Assembly (NCBI RefSeq): GCF_963921235.1 | Contig: NC_086123.1 | Location: forward strand, 28,954,001-29,018,000 | From: Mobula hypostoma | Lineage: Eukaryota | Direction: 5' to 3' | Length of the DNA stretch: 64,000 nt | Part shown: in pieces, positions 1 to 11,880 of the stretch | How the letters are laid out: each line of letters starts with the position of its first letter | How positions within the stretch are numbered: position 1 is the first letter of the stretch | Notes under the pieces: generated by a model | The model's database searches: none | What the model was told of the DNA's origin: nothing | The model's input: only the letters and a program-made list of their open reading frames with translations | Position numbers and translations under genes: made by a program

Positions 1-865
1 GATTCTGATATCGGTCTCTGTTATGGATAGAGAGTGGGAAGGGGCCAGGGAGAGGAGAATCGTGATTGGGAAAAGAAGGGAGAGTGGAGGGAGCTGAAAA
101 CACTAGAGAGACATTCTGTAATGATTAAGGAACCAATTGCTTGGAATCAAATGACCTTGCCTGGTGTCTCAGGAATGGGTGTGTCTGCCCCACCCTCGGG
201 ACTCTTCCTCTGCCACTTGCCCCACACCCCTCCTACAGTGCTCCACCCTCACTATTCCCAACATCCTTTGCTCCAGTCAGATTTACAAACTCGCTCTCTG
301 CTCCTCGGTGACAAATAAAATACCGTGCAAAAGTCTTAGGCACCCTAACTATCTATATGTGCATGTCTTTTGCTTTGTACCTTAGATAGAATGTTTTCTG
401 GGAAAGAGAAAGGGAATCAAATTAGATGGCAAATCTGAACATGGTGGAGCGAGCTCCTGGACTCCCACAAAGCCAGTCCAGTGTCTCCTCTGGAAACACA
501 ATGAATGTAATTGAATATATTTATTTGCAGTGGCTGCTGACTTTAACAACACTTTGACCTCCAGATAATTGATATTAGTGCTTTGCCACAATTTCATTTT
601 GGATCTAAACAGCATCTGTGTAGTAACCAATGAATAAAAAATAACTTGGAAATTTTCATTTTCTTTTTTTTCTCTAGAAATATCATCCTGAGTTTAAAAC
701 AAAATGCACTGGAATACACTTCTCAGTGCCTAGGTAAAACAGACAACATAATCTAAGACCCTTGCCGGCCCAGACGTTCTCATCTCTCCCGTGTTCAGGT
801 GATTCAAAAGACTAAAAGCACGTATCTGTGGAGGTAAGGGCAGCTTATCATTATTGTTCCCATGA

Positions 866-1592
866 CCAATGGCCTCACTTTAGGGAGTCTTTATCTCACT
901 ATTTCATGTTCTCGTTATTTATTACTATTTACTTATATTGGCATTTGCACAGTTTGTTGTCTTCTGCACTCCGGTTGACAAAAATTGTATAGATGTGTAG
1001 TGGAGAGTATAATGACTGGCTGCATCACAGACCTTTTATGGAAACACTAATGCCCTTGAACAGAAAACCCTACAAAAATAATGGATACAGCCCAGTCCAT
1101 CGCAGGTAAAGCGCCCCTCCCCCTACCATTGTGCACATCTGCACCAAGCATTGTGGCAGGAAAGCAGCATCCATCCAGGGCATACTGTCTTCTCACTGCT
1201 GCCATCAGGAAGAAGGTACAGGAGCCTCAGGACTCACACCACCAGGTTCAGGAGCAGTTATTACCCCTCAACCATCAGGCTTTTGAACCAAAGGGTCACT
1301 CAACTTCATTTGCCCCATCATTGAAATGTTCCCACAACCAATGGACTCACTGTCAAACACTCTTCATCTCATGTTCTCAATAGTTACAGCTTATTTATTT
1401 ATTTTTATTTTTATATTTGCACAGTTTGCTGTCTTTTGCACATGGGTTGAACCCCCAAGTTGGCGCGGGCTTTCATTGATTCTGTTATGGTTATTATTCT
1501 ATAGATTTATTAAGTATGCTGCAATAAAATGAATCCCAGGGTTGCATATGGTGACAGATATGTACATTGATCATAAAATTTACTTTGAACTT
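866..1592 (+). mobile_element. Rex/Babar-clade LINE 3' fragment with partly duplicated 3' UTR
   Basis: Frameshifted C-terminus (VESIMTGCIT...MDTAQSIAGKA...LLPSGRRYRSLRTHTTRF); 3' tail ending TTTACTTTGAAC; UTR block at 866-975 resembles about 1337-1440. Confidence 0.8.
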
Positions 1593-2076
1593 CGAATTAC
1601 AGTCTCATACACTAAAGTTGAACTTTTAATCACCCAATCTATTTTGCTATGATCCATGCATTTAATTTGCTTACCTGCACTGTACTTTCAGAGTTACTGT
1701 AACACTATTGTGCATAAGGCTATTGCTTCTCCCTTGATGTACAGATGTGATGAAATGACTTGTATGGATAGCATGCAAAAACAAAGTTTTTCAACCTATC
1801 TTGCTGCATGTGGCAATAGTAAATCAAATTAATTTCCTGAGCTATGTGTTTTATTGTCTATATCATGAGCCCTCTATGGCTTGCTGTAGAGCGCTGGGCT
1901 TCAAGGTTTCTTGAGCACCTGGATTCACTAATTGTTAGAGCCATCAAGCTCAGGAGCTTTCAGTTTAATCTTGTCAAGTTAATTCTGATCAGCATGTGTT
2001 TCCCGGATTCTGTGATTAATTAAAGGGGACTCTCGTAGTGCACGGTAAGCAGAGCCCTCCTGTGTGTTTGTGGAGA

Positions 2077-2200
2077 ATGACTGGTCTTGCTGTACCGCTC
2101 GGTCACGCCTCCAATGCTCTGTTGGTATTTGTATGTCTAACCTCTTGTTTTCATCTCTTCATGGGGGGACTGCTGTTCCTCTGTACTTGTGGCCAGTCCG
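2077..2200 (+). CDS. Candidate first coding exon (signal peptide or signal anchor) of an unidentified secreted/membrane protein gene
   Basis: ATG at 2077 with A at -3; open frame MTGLAVPLGHASNALLVFVCLTSCFHLFMGGLLFLCTCGQS+G; ends at strong donor CCG|GTGAGT (2200/2201), phase 1; lies in non-repetitive, locally CpG-richer sequence (about 1870-2220). No downstream exon identified. Confidence 0.42.
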
Positions 2201-2692
2201 GTGAGTGCGCACCGTGATGCTCCATTTGCTACTATTGAAAATTCAGGTCTACTTTAACTGTATGAAGCGAAGCCAAAGGTGATAAGTAAAAGTAATAATA
2301 TTAAATAAATCATGAAGTTGTACAAATGTAGCAGAAGATGAATGCAAGTGACTTTTTTTATACGTATTTGAAAAGTTACAGGTACTCATGTTTGACCGTA
2401 ATATCCTCTTCAATTGATTTTGGCAATTTCTGGGAGTCAATCAACCATGAGGATGCACACATCAGGCTAGATTGCACAATCAGGACATACGTAATTCTTC
2501 ACCGTTTACACTGGACCACACTGTTAAGATTTTCCAGTTTTAGTATTTAATAATATTCCATAATTTTTCATAACAGAGAAACAAAAGGGATGTTCATGGC
2601 AACCTTCAAAGGAGGTTATTTGGGAAAATTGAAACAATCCTGGTTATATAATCTGGGAAACTGAGAACATGTACAGAATTCCTGCTTTTACA

Positions 2693-3143
2693 GGTGCCGG
2701 GTCTGGAGTACCTGAGTTGTAAGGCAAGATTAAATAGGTTAGGACTTCATTCCACCGAAGGTAGAAGATTAAGAGGAGGTTTGATAGAGGCATACAATAT
2801 TATGAGGAGTATAGATAGGGTAAATGCAGCAGGCTTTTTCTACTGAGGTTGGGTGGGACTACACCAGAGGTCGTGGGTTAAAGGTGAAAACTGAAAAGTT
2901 TAAGGGGAACACGAGGAAAAACTTCTTTACTCAGAAGGTCATGAGAGTGCAGAATGAGCTGCCAGCACAAATGGTGCATGAAAGCTTGATTTGAAAATTT
3001 AAGAGAAGTTTGGATAGGTACATGGATGGTAGGGGTATGGTTCAGGTGCAGATTGATGGAAGTAGGCAGTTTCTATGGTTTGGCATGGACTAGATGGGCC
3101 AAATAGCCTGTTTATGTGTTGTACGTTGACTCTATGACTCTAA
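2693..3143 (+). mobile_element. CR1 LINE 3' fragment
   Basis: Degenerate RLRGGLIEAY..MRSIDRVN / RKNFFTQKV C-terminus followed by a CR1-type 3' UTR ending CTCTATGACTCTA. Confidence 0.85.
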
Positions 3144-3224
3144 CTCAGACATTTATTCTACAACCCATTCTCCACAGGTGCTATCATAATCACTGGGATT
3201 CACTTAGGTGTACGCATCCAGTTG

Positions 3225-3803
3225 AAAAGTAACTCGAAGTAATACTGCAGCTCTATAAAACCCTGGCGAGACATACTTGGATTATTGTGCTCAGTTCTGG
3301 TCACCTCATTATAGAAAGGATGTAGAATCTTTAAAGAAAGTGCAGACGAGATTACCAGGTTGTTGGATTAGAAAGCATGTCTTATGAGGATAGGATGAGT
3401 GAGGTAGGGCTTTTTACTTTGGAGGAAAAGAGGAGGAGAGGTGACTTGAAAGAGGTGTATAAGATAATGAGAGGCACAGATCGAGCAGATAGCCAGAGAT
3501 CTTTTTCAAGATGGAAATAGCTAGTACCGGGGGGAATAATTTTAAGGTGACAGGAGGAAAGCATAAAATGAATGACAGAGGCAAGTTCTTTAGACAGAGA
3601 GTAGTGAGTACACAGATCGCCGTGCCAGGGGTGGTGGTAGAGGCAGATACATTAGGGACATCTAAGAAGCTCTTAGATAGGCACATGGATAATAGGTTAT
3701 AGGCACATGGTTATGTTGGAGGGAAGGGTTAGATTGTTCTTAGAGTTGGTTAAGGGTTTGGTATAACATTGTAGGCCGAAGGGCCTGTATTATGCTGTAG
3801 TGC
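3225..3803 (+). mobile_element. CR1 LINE 3' fragment (second subfamily)
   Basis: LQLYKTLARHTLDYCAQFWSPHYRKD-like motif, and the ORF 3511-3702 peptide RGKFFRQRVVS...KKLLDRHM. Confidence 0.85.
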
Positions 3804-3904
3804 GACTGGATCAGCAGAGATGCTTTCAACAACAAAATCAAAATTTTAGAAGCACACAAGCAAGGAAGCTCCTGCAAAATGAGAAACAAGAGATGATATT
3901 TCAG

Positions 3905-4530
3905 ATTCAGGGTCTTTTGATTCTTTCTGCAGATGCTGCCTGGTCCATTGAGTATTACCAGTAGGGTTGCCAACTGTCCCGTATTAGCTGGGACATCCCG
4001 TATATTGGGATAAATTGGTTTGTCCCATACGGGACCGCTCTTGTCCCGTATTTCCCCCGCTAAGGTTGAGCATTCCTATGAAACCTTTTGTGCCGAAATC
4101 GTGTAAAGCGAAGAAGCAATTACCATTAATTTATATGGGAAAAAATTTTGAGCGTTCCCAGACCCAAAAAATAACCTACCAAATCATACCAAATAACACA
4201 TAAAACCTAAAATAACACTAACATAAAAGTAGGAATGATATGATAAATACACAGCCTATATAAAGTAGAAATAATGTAACTACAGTGTAGTTTCACTGAA
4301 CAGAATCACCAAAAACGATTTGTAGAAAAAAAAATCGGCACATACATGCATGCGCACGTCACGCATGCGCACACAGCTGCCCGCGCAAGGCTTCATGGTC
4401 ATGGTAGTCTTTCTCGGGGTAAACACAAGTGTCCCGTACTTGACTGCTACTCCTGTCCCTTATTTGGGAGTGGGAAAGTTGGCAACCCTAATTACCAGCA
4501 TTTTCTAATGGCCAGCATCTGCGGTTTTTC
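3905..4530 (+). mobile_element. Penelope pseudo-LTR-derived fragment split by a hAT MITE
   Basis: AGATGCTGCCTGG...ATTACCAG | CATTTT...CCAGCATCTGC resumes on both sides of the MITE and matches the 3' end of the Penelope copy at 37570-37660. Confidence 0.6.
3962..4490. mobile_element. Non-autonomous hAT MITE (Blackjack-like TIRs) with a Tigger-derived core
   Basis: Perfect 14-bp TIR TAGGGTTGCCAACT/AGTTGGCAACCCTA; perfect 8-bp TSD ATTACCAG (3954-3961, 4491-4498); about 4070-4273 is the reverse complement of about 51292-51497. Confidence 0.92.
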
Positions 4531-4534
4531 AGCA

Positions 4535-4667
4535 GCAAGAGAAAATCTGCAGATGCTGGAAATCCAGAGCCACACAGACAAAATGCTGGTGGAGCTCAGC
4601 AGGCCAGGCAGCATCTATGGAAAAAAAGAGTAAAAAGTCGACGTTTCGGGCCGAGACCCTTCATCAG
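4535..4667 (-). mobile_element. Penelope pseudo-LTR-derived short copy with an intact hammerhead core
   Basis: Reverse complement reads CTGATGA-A-GGGTCTCGGCCC-GAAA-CGTC-GAC, followed by the CCATAGATGCTGCCTGGCCTGCTGAG...CCAGCATCTGCAGA tail shared with the Penelope copies. Confidence 0.8.
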
Positions 4668-5439
4668 ATTTTTTTCTTGCGTGTGATTGGACTACTACAC
4701 TACGAAGCCTCCTCCAGGGATACGTACCCTGAAGAAGTTTAACTCTTCCCATCAATGGGAGTTCAGTGAAACCCTTTCTCACCTCTCCCCCGCTGTGATC
4801 TACAGTTGTCATTTTTTGACTTCAGCAAGGTGTTCAAAAGGTTTATTACCGTGGAGAATCCTTCAAGCCCACAGAAGCATCCTTCAGTTGGGACAGCGGC
4901 CCAGACCGGAATTTGGTTGGTGTGTAAAAGTAGAAGAACATAACTTCCAAAAGGATAGTACCGCTCAACCATCTTATAAACTGTGCTTTCCCAAACTGGC
5001 ATGGAGCACATGGCAACAGCCAATAGCAAACTGAAACAAATAATGTATATTTCCTTCCTTTGCATGAAGAAGCAAGAAGATCATGAGTTTACTCTTCCTC
5101 TCACTTGGAAGTGTATCTTCCATGGAATAGCAATGGGCTACACAAGCTGTGGTATTTCTGAAAAAAGCAAGTTAATCGGAAATGTAAATGAGCAGCTGGT
5201 CAGGAATTTATAATTTGAAAGCTAGTGCAAAATGTGATATTCATTGGTTTTGTACTCAGTGAAATAAAAGAGAATGAAGTTCCAGGCCTGCTAACTGATG
5301 TAAATTCAATAGTACTCATTGTCCCTCCGAATATGATACTTTTTTAAAATTTTTCTATTACTATATATTTGAATACCAGTCCAAAATTCATGACACTGCT
5401 GTGAAACAATTTATACAAATAGATGGTATTCCTTAAGGC

Positions 5440-5985
5440 TGTTATAGCTGGTGCTAGCTCCCAATGGCGAGCACCTCAGATAGCCTCTGACAACCAAGTC
5501 CTGCTCCTGGCTTTCACGTGTGGCTTAGCTACTAAGCCCGACAGAACCACTTCTGCTGAAAGGAGAAGGAGAAAGGTGGGCTACTGGCACTTTAAGACCA
5601 GTTGCTCCAGGCAGATGTGGCTCATCAGCCGTGGTTGGCAGCTCATCTAAAAGGAAAATTCTGATCTCAAACTTCCACTGCCTTGCGGCTACACCCAGTC
5701 ATGGGGAAGGCTTCAGGATTTTACCCCGAGGGAAAAATCCAGAGCTGAAGTCCCTAAGGCAGTCCTATGTTGAGTTCAACATTGACTGACAACTCCTGCG
5801 ACGCTGCTGGTGCCAAACTGTGTCGGTCTTTGCTGTTCCTTTGAGTTCTTCAGATGCGTGGAGAGGGGGAGGTTGCTACATGGGCAACAGCTTGCTTTCC
5901 ATATTGTACTGCCCGGGCTTGCATATCTAGACAGCCAGGACACAGCATCCATGGTCAACCTTGACCAAGTGGAGGCCTCAGATAC
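5440..5985 (+). mobile_element. RTE-related non-autonomous retroposon
   Basis: Its 3' half (CTGCGACGCTGCTGGTGCCAAACT...CATGGGCAAC...CCATGGTC) is homologous to the reverse complement of the SINE tail at 21915-22095; no ORF. RTE assignment is by resemblance. Confidence 0.55.
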
Positions 5986-6589
5986 AAACAGATGCAATAA
6001 AATTCTCCCAGTGTAGTAAAAGTAAATATTTCTGAATGATGTGGCTTGTAAATAGTGTCAAAGATTACAGGGAGAAAGCAGGAGAATGGGGTTGAGAGAA
6101 TAATAAATCAGCCATGATCGAATGGCAGAGAAGATTTGATGGGCAAATGTATTACTGTCATTCATTTCGTAGGAGAATCCTTCAGCGAAAAGTGCTGAGA
6201 ACTCATCAATTTGTTCAGTTCAGAAGATGAGGAGCATCTGGATGTAACAACAAGCCCTTAGTTGACCATTGATTTGATCCTTGTCCATAACAAAGGTCAA
6301 ATTTCCCTTTCATCTATCATCATTTCAAGAGCAAGGCTTATTTTGCAGAAGAATGGAGGGTGATGGTGGGAGGTCAGACTGAATGGTGAAGAAAATCTGC
6401 ATTTTCTATTAAACTGACAATCTCAGATAAGTGTTTACTAGTTCATATTCTCTGTGCATTGGTGTCAAACAGGGAGTGGGCATTATGTTTCTTCTAAACT
6501 TTGATTTTCTAAATTATATTGATTACTTCTCTGAATGCTCAGGATGGTGTTTAATTATCTGCAGACCAGGCACAAACTTTCATCAGAGA

Positions 6590-6765
6590 TAGGTGGTGCA
6601 GTCAATAAGAACCACGACCTTTCCCCTCAGGGATCTCAGCTTGAAATCTGATAAAGATGAAATGGAGGTACTCTTCTTCTTTAATGGCTAGTAATGCTCG
6701 CTAAATAAAATGAATTGGGGCAGTCTTACCTCAGCCCACAGTGGGCAAAGTTCACAGCAGAAAAA
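6590..6765 (+). mobile_element. Ancient tRNA-derived SINE resembling LF-SINE
   Basis: Degenerate A/B-box head (GGTGGTGCAGTC...CCTTTCCCCTCAGGGATCTCAGCTTGAAATC), then ATGGCT...AAATGAATTGGGGCAGTCT...CAGTGGGCA...TCACAGCAGAAAA, collinear with the LF-SINE consensus as I recall it. Confidence 0.4.
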
Positions 6766-6901
6766 TTCACTTTTTAAATGCTATTAATTAATAAACACAT
6801 ACATTTTGGATCACGGCCAAGCTGAAGTAAGAGCTAACCTTCACTGACAGAGTTTCCATCTGTCTACTTATTTCTCTTTTCTCCTATCCAAATTATCTGT
6901 A

Positions 6902-7604
6902 CACTCAGTGGCCACTTTATTAGGTACAACAGCTTGCTAATGCAAATAAATCAGCCAATCACATGGCAACAACTCAATGCATTAAAGCATACGGACATGG
7001 TCAAGAGATTCAGTTGTTGTTCAGATCAAAAATCAGAATGGGGCAAAACAGATCTAAGTGACTTTGACAGTGGAATAATTGTTGGTGCCAGATGGGGTGG
7101 TCTGTGTAACACAGAAATTGCTGATCTCCTGAGGTTTTAATTGTTTGAATTGAGATACAGTGCAGCATACGTCCTTCCAGCCCTTTGAGCCACGCCACCC
7201 AGCAACCCCAGATTTAACCCTATCATAATTACAGGACAATTTATGATGACCAATTAACCTACCAAACAGTACATCTTTAGACCATGGAAGGAAAGTGGAG
7301 CATACGGACAACAGTCTCTAAAGCTTACGTTGAACGGTGCAGAGAAAACATCCAGTGAGCAGCAGTTCCAGTGGGTGAAAGTGCTTTGTTAGTCAGAGAA
7401 GTCAAAGGAGATTGGCCAGTCTGGTTCAAGCTGACAGTAACTCAAATAACCGCGTGTTATATCAATGGTGTGCAGCAGACCATCTCTGAACGCACAACAT
7501 GGTGAACCTTGAAGTGGATGGGCTACAGCAGCAGAAGACTACAAACATACACACAGTGGCCATTTTATTAGGTACTTTGTACCCAATAAAGTGCCAACTG
7601 AGTG
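6902..7604 (+). mobile_element. Non-autonomous Tc1-like DNA transposon
   Basis: TA|CACTCAGTGGCCACTTTATTAGGTACA left TIR and degenerate right TIR TGTACCCAATAAAGTGCCAACTGAGTG; internal HTH remnant GKTDLSDFDSGIIVGARWGG..IADLLRF; interrupted by a SINE fragment. Confidence 0.85.
7140..7305 (-). mobile_element. V-SINE (HE1-like) 3' fragment inside the Tc1 element
   Basis: Collinear with 14890-15030 (GAGCCACGCCACCCAGCAAC...GGACAATTTA...AATTAACCTACCAA). Confidence 0.75.
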
Positions 7605-8099
7605 CATGTTCTAGTGTAAAGTAGTAAGGATAATTTATTTACTTTGCTGAGGACGATAACTTTACTCCAAGGTACTTTGCCCTAGTTTTCATTAGATAGG
7701 TAGTTTGTGGCTGGCTGCTGATTTTCAATCATTTATTTCCAGGAGGAAAACAGCTGTTTCCTATTGTTCTTTCTCCAAACACAGGAATAATCCTTGGAAA
7801 TAAATTTAAATGAATATACATCATATGCTCCCATTCTTTCCAGGCGTTTGGTCCAAAACTTTGTCCAAGTCCAAAACTTTGCCAACCAAACTAAATTTGT
7901 ATTTTTTCCTCTCTGCAACATATGGCAATACATTTGATCGCCAATATTAATCAATGGCAAAGGCAAAATGACAAAACCTACTGAGCTTCACTCCGATCAA
8001 CAATCATTCACAGTTTAATGCTACCGTAAATATAATTAAACATCAAGCTACAAAAGGAGATACTAAGCCAGCTGAGCATAAATAAATATAAGGTTTAAG

Positions 8100-8466
8100 A
8101 GTGGTGGTGATGGAAATACATCTCTACCAAAGGAAGTGTAAGGAGCTCCTTCCCTCTGCTAGCCTGCAGGTCACCCTTGGTCAAGGTGCATTACCTGCTT
8201 AGCCTCCTGCTCACGTGAGGCCGTGGGAGCAGGTGGCAGATGGTTGTACGAGCAGCCGGTGCATATCACAAGTCCTGGTTATGCGACCACTGACACTAGG
8301 CAGACAATCTAAGAAGACTATTTATAATGGCTGGTGTCACCTGTCTTGTAAAGACACTGCCCACGAAAAGGCAATGGCAAACCACTTCTGTAGAAAATTT
8401 TGCCAAGAGCAATATGGTCGTGGAAAGCCCACGTCATACGATATAGCACATAATAATGAATGAATG
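8100..8466 (+). mobile_element. RTE-related non-autonomous retroposon, copy 1
   Basis: Contains AAGGCAATGGCAAACCACTTC (Bov-A/RTE-type motif) and a (TGAA)n tail; collinear with 61895-62305. Confidence 0.75.
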
Positions 8467-8689
8467 GTCCCCAGTCTGGACCTCAAGTACCAGACCAAGG
8501 TTATGTAAATAAAATGTCAAGAGAATAAAATGTCAAGAGCTTGACAATATACACAATACATTTTTTTTTCAAACAAGCAAATCATTTCATGATGCATTCC
8601 ACAAAACAAAGCATTTCATGACGAATTTCACAAAAACATCTTCACAGCTTAAAGTTCCTGCTTTTGCTGGTTTCAGATGAGATGGAGCA

Positions 8690-8892
8690 CTCTCTCCTGC
8701 CACCCTATGTTCCTTCCCATCTCCCCACTTTTTTATTCTGTTGTCTTCCACCTTCCTTTCCAGTCCTGAATAAGTTCTTGGCCTGAAACATCAACAGTTT
8801 ATTCTTCTCCATAGATGGTACCTGGCCTGTTGAGTTTCTCCAGTATTTTGTGTAGTTCTTATTTCCAGCATCTGCAGAATCTCCTGTGTTTA
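8690..8892 (+). mobile_element. Penelope pseudo-LTR-derived copy (degenerate hammerhead)
   Basis: CAGTCCTGAATAAGTTCTTGGCCTGAAACATCAAC...CCATAGATG...TTCCAGCATCTGCAGAATCTC. Confidence 0.75.
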
Positions 8893-9137
8893 TGTTATGT
8901 TTTGTAACTCCAGAAATAAATTGTAAGAAAAAAACATAGGAAGACAGGAGAAGGTTTATGCTACGTTTTTAACTTTAGCGAGGTGCGCACATATGATGTG
9001 GTGGTGTACTGACGTATGCCATTCACATACTTTTATATATAACCCATAATAAATTATGTAAAAAACAAAGAATGCTTAATCAAACAATATATTTATACTA
9101 TTACTCAAGTATTACTAAAATATTATATTACACAACA
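8893..9137 (-). mobile_element. Solo LTR of the Gypsy family found at about 30950
   Basis: TG...CA ends; TGTTATGTTTTGTAACTCC and CGTATGCCATTCACATACTT are reverse complements of the LTR at about 30975-31110. Confidence 0.8.
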
Positions 9138-11284
9138 GTGAAAACCTCTGATAATTAATCTTAAATTTTTCTAATGTATCCTGGAAGTCACAGCTGCTCT
9201 TCGTCATGCACACTTAGAAAATTGCAGTATTTTTCTGTACCACATCAAAATCACAAATCATGTTCCATGTAAAAATGTAATTGGGTTAAATAACCTTCTA
9301 CATATTGGACGAAGCTGCACAGGGCTAAATTCAATATATTAGTTTCATTTGAAATTAATGGTTCAGGTCTTTTATTGAATTAGGGCACAGAGGAATTTCA
9401 TGTAAATATATTAGCACATTACCAACAATGTACATTGTAAATTTAGCCTAGATGTTCCCCATATATTAGCACAAGATGTTCATTCTCTGGTCCATCCTGC
9501 TGACTACTCTGGGCTAGGTTTATCGATAGACACCATTGATTTGTTTTAGGTAAGTACAGTTAAACCATCACGGGCTTACCAGACACAGTTATCACATCTT
9601 ACCCAATCAGTTACAAATTCTGTTTATGAAAAACTCACTATCGGGAATGAGGAATAAACTCCAGAGTTCCATGGATCATCCTGAAGGTATTGATATTTCA
9701 GTATGAGCTCATGTCAACAGAATTTAGTGTGGTTTATTTCACTTTAAAGCAATCATGTGTATTAGCCACAGTCTAGATGCATGCTAGCAAAAGTCTCAGA
9801 CAGCTAATACTATTATCTCTTTCATTGACCATCCTGAAACTGTGAGCACTCAAGTGTGCAGAATCTCTAAATTTTTCCTCTGATTACTCTCGAGTTTAAA
9901 TGAAGGGTGTTCCAGTATTGTGCACATCTTTACAACACTGTAAATAAGAAGACTTGATATTAACATATCAGCTTAACAATATGAATAATGTCCATTCTAA
10001 CACCAGGTCGTTTGCACTACCTTGTACACTTCTATATAACAACATTAATATTCCCTTGATGAATCCAGACAACTTCAGACTAATTTAATGTTGCCCAATG
10101 TTTTCTACATTTTTTTTTAGAAAGTTCAGTTAGGAATTTTAAACCATAGTTCTAATCCCACAAATTAGATTTGCTAGTTTCATATCCTTGTCATGGAGGA
10201 AAGTCACAGGGAGGAAAGTCAATTAGATTCTGTAAGTTATGTGCAACAAATACACATACAGATATATTTGATCGAAGTCTTCAAAAAAGCTTGCCATTTT
10301 CTGCAATACTCTTGACAATAAAACACCACACTGTTGACTGCATTTGCCCAGCTAAAGGGCATGTCCCTCCCCCAAAAAAATAACAAACTCAAAACAAAGC
10401 AAGTGTGACATTTATTTCAAAAACATCTTGTATGAGTAATAGTTCTGCGGTTCTGTACATTGTCGTGTTCACCACACTATTACAAAACAAAAAAAAACAC
10501 AATTTTACCAGATGTTCATTAATGAAAAATACAAAGTCTTAAAATCTCTATGTAACAGTCTCAGAGATTTCAAAAACATCCATTTAGAAAAGACTTGGAC
10601 ACAAAAATGTTCACAAGTAATAGATCGTGGGTTTTGAAAATTTAAGACAGGATAATTTTTACTGGAAACAGAGTGTATAGGAACATGAACAATCCTACAT
10701 TTTTTTCAAAGAATAATTACTGAGATTATATGAAACACTGGAATATAAAAGTACAATTCAGCCATGGAGGCTGGTTTTCAATTATAGTTTCTTCATTACT
10801 TAAACCCAGGAACAGATCTCTGCATGCACTTCCGAACTCCAATATGAATGAAGGAGGTGGATTTTAGATGATTCTGAATTTTAACAACCCATGCAGTTGC
10901 CTATACAGAGGCAATAACTTAAAAAAATATCAAAACTAATATCAGTAAAACACAACCACAGTTTCAACTAATTCATAGTCAAGACTACAGAGGTACTGTT
11001 TCAATTTATTTTTTTGTCAATGAATCAGGTGTTAGAAATAGCTTTGCCTTGAACAATGCCTCAATGTAAGTTTTCCACTAATGAGGTAATGCATATGCAA
11101 TAGCCACACTGTGCAATCACCTTTGCTCATGAAACTCTTTATTATATTTTATTGCTGACTGTGATAAATCCTTCATATACACTAGGGGAGAGCCTTTATT
11201 TCTTGAGTTCCAAGAGAAAAAAATTGAGTGCTCAAATGATAATGTTCTAAACCAGAGGTTAAATGACTTTAAACATGAACTTTA

Positions 11285-11880
11285 TTTCAAGATTCAAAAT
11301 TGTTTAACATCATTTCCAGCACACAAGTGTAAAGGAGAACAAAATAATTGTTACTCCAGATCCAAGGCATCACCAAAAAAAACACGACAACATAAAGAAC
11401 ATATTAAAACAGTAACTATAAATACATAGATAGCTTACATACATAGATTGATTGTATGTCCATAAAGTGATGCTAGGCACAGGAATGTCTACACATAAGG
11501 TTACCCTGTCAAGAAGTGATAAAGTAGTCTGGAGGGGTGGGTTAGTGGGTGGAGGTATTGATCAGCCTTACTGCTGAGGGAAAGTAACTGTTTTCGAGCC
11601 TGGTGGATGTGGCATGGATGCTACATAGCCTCCTCCCTGATGGGAATGAGACAAACAGTCCATGAGCAGAGTGGGCGAGATCCTTCCTGAAATTGCTTTG
11701 CCTTTTTCCGGCACCTTTCTGAATATTGAGTATGACCACAACAAAATGAATCTCTGGGTTGTATATTTTGACGTATCTACTTAGAGAATAAAAACTTACA
11801 TTGAACTTGATGGCAGGTAGGCTGGTGTCGGTGATGCATTCTGATTTTAGGCCTGAACTCAGCTGATGCAAAAATGCACT
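11285..11880 (-). mobile_element. Rex/Babar LINE 3' fragment
   Basis: ORF 11542-11937 ends in HGLFVSFPSGRRLCSIHATSTRLENSYFPSAVRLIN. Confidence 0.8.

Noticed and set aside
8190-8310. Possible HDV-like ribozyme in the RTE-related elements (also about 5450-5560)
   Set aside because: A stem is visible (ACCTGCT/AGCAGGT), but I could not assign the nested double pseudoknot by eye; needs a structure-based search.
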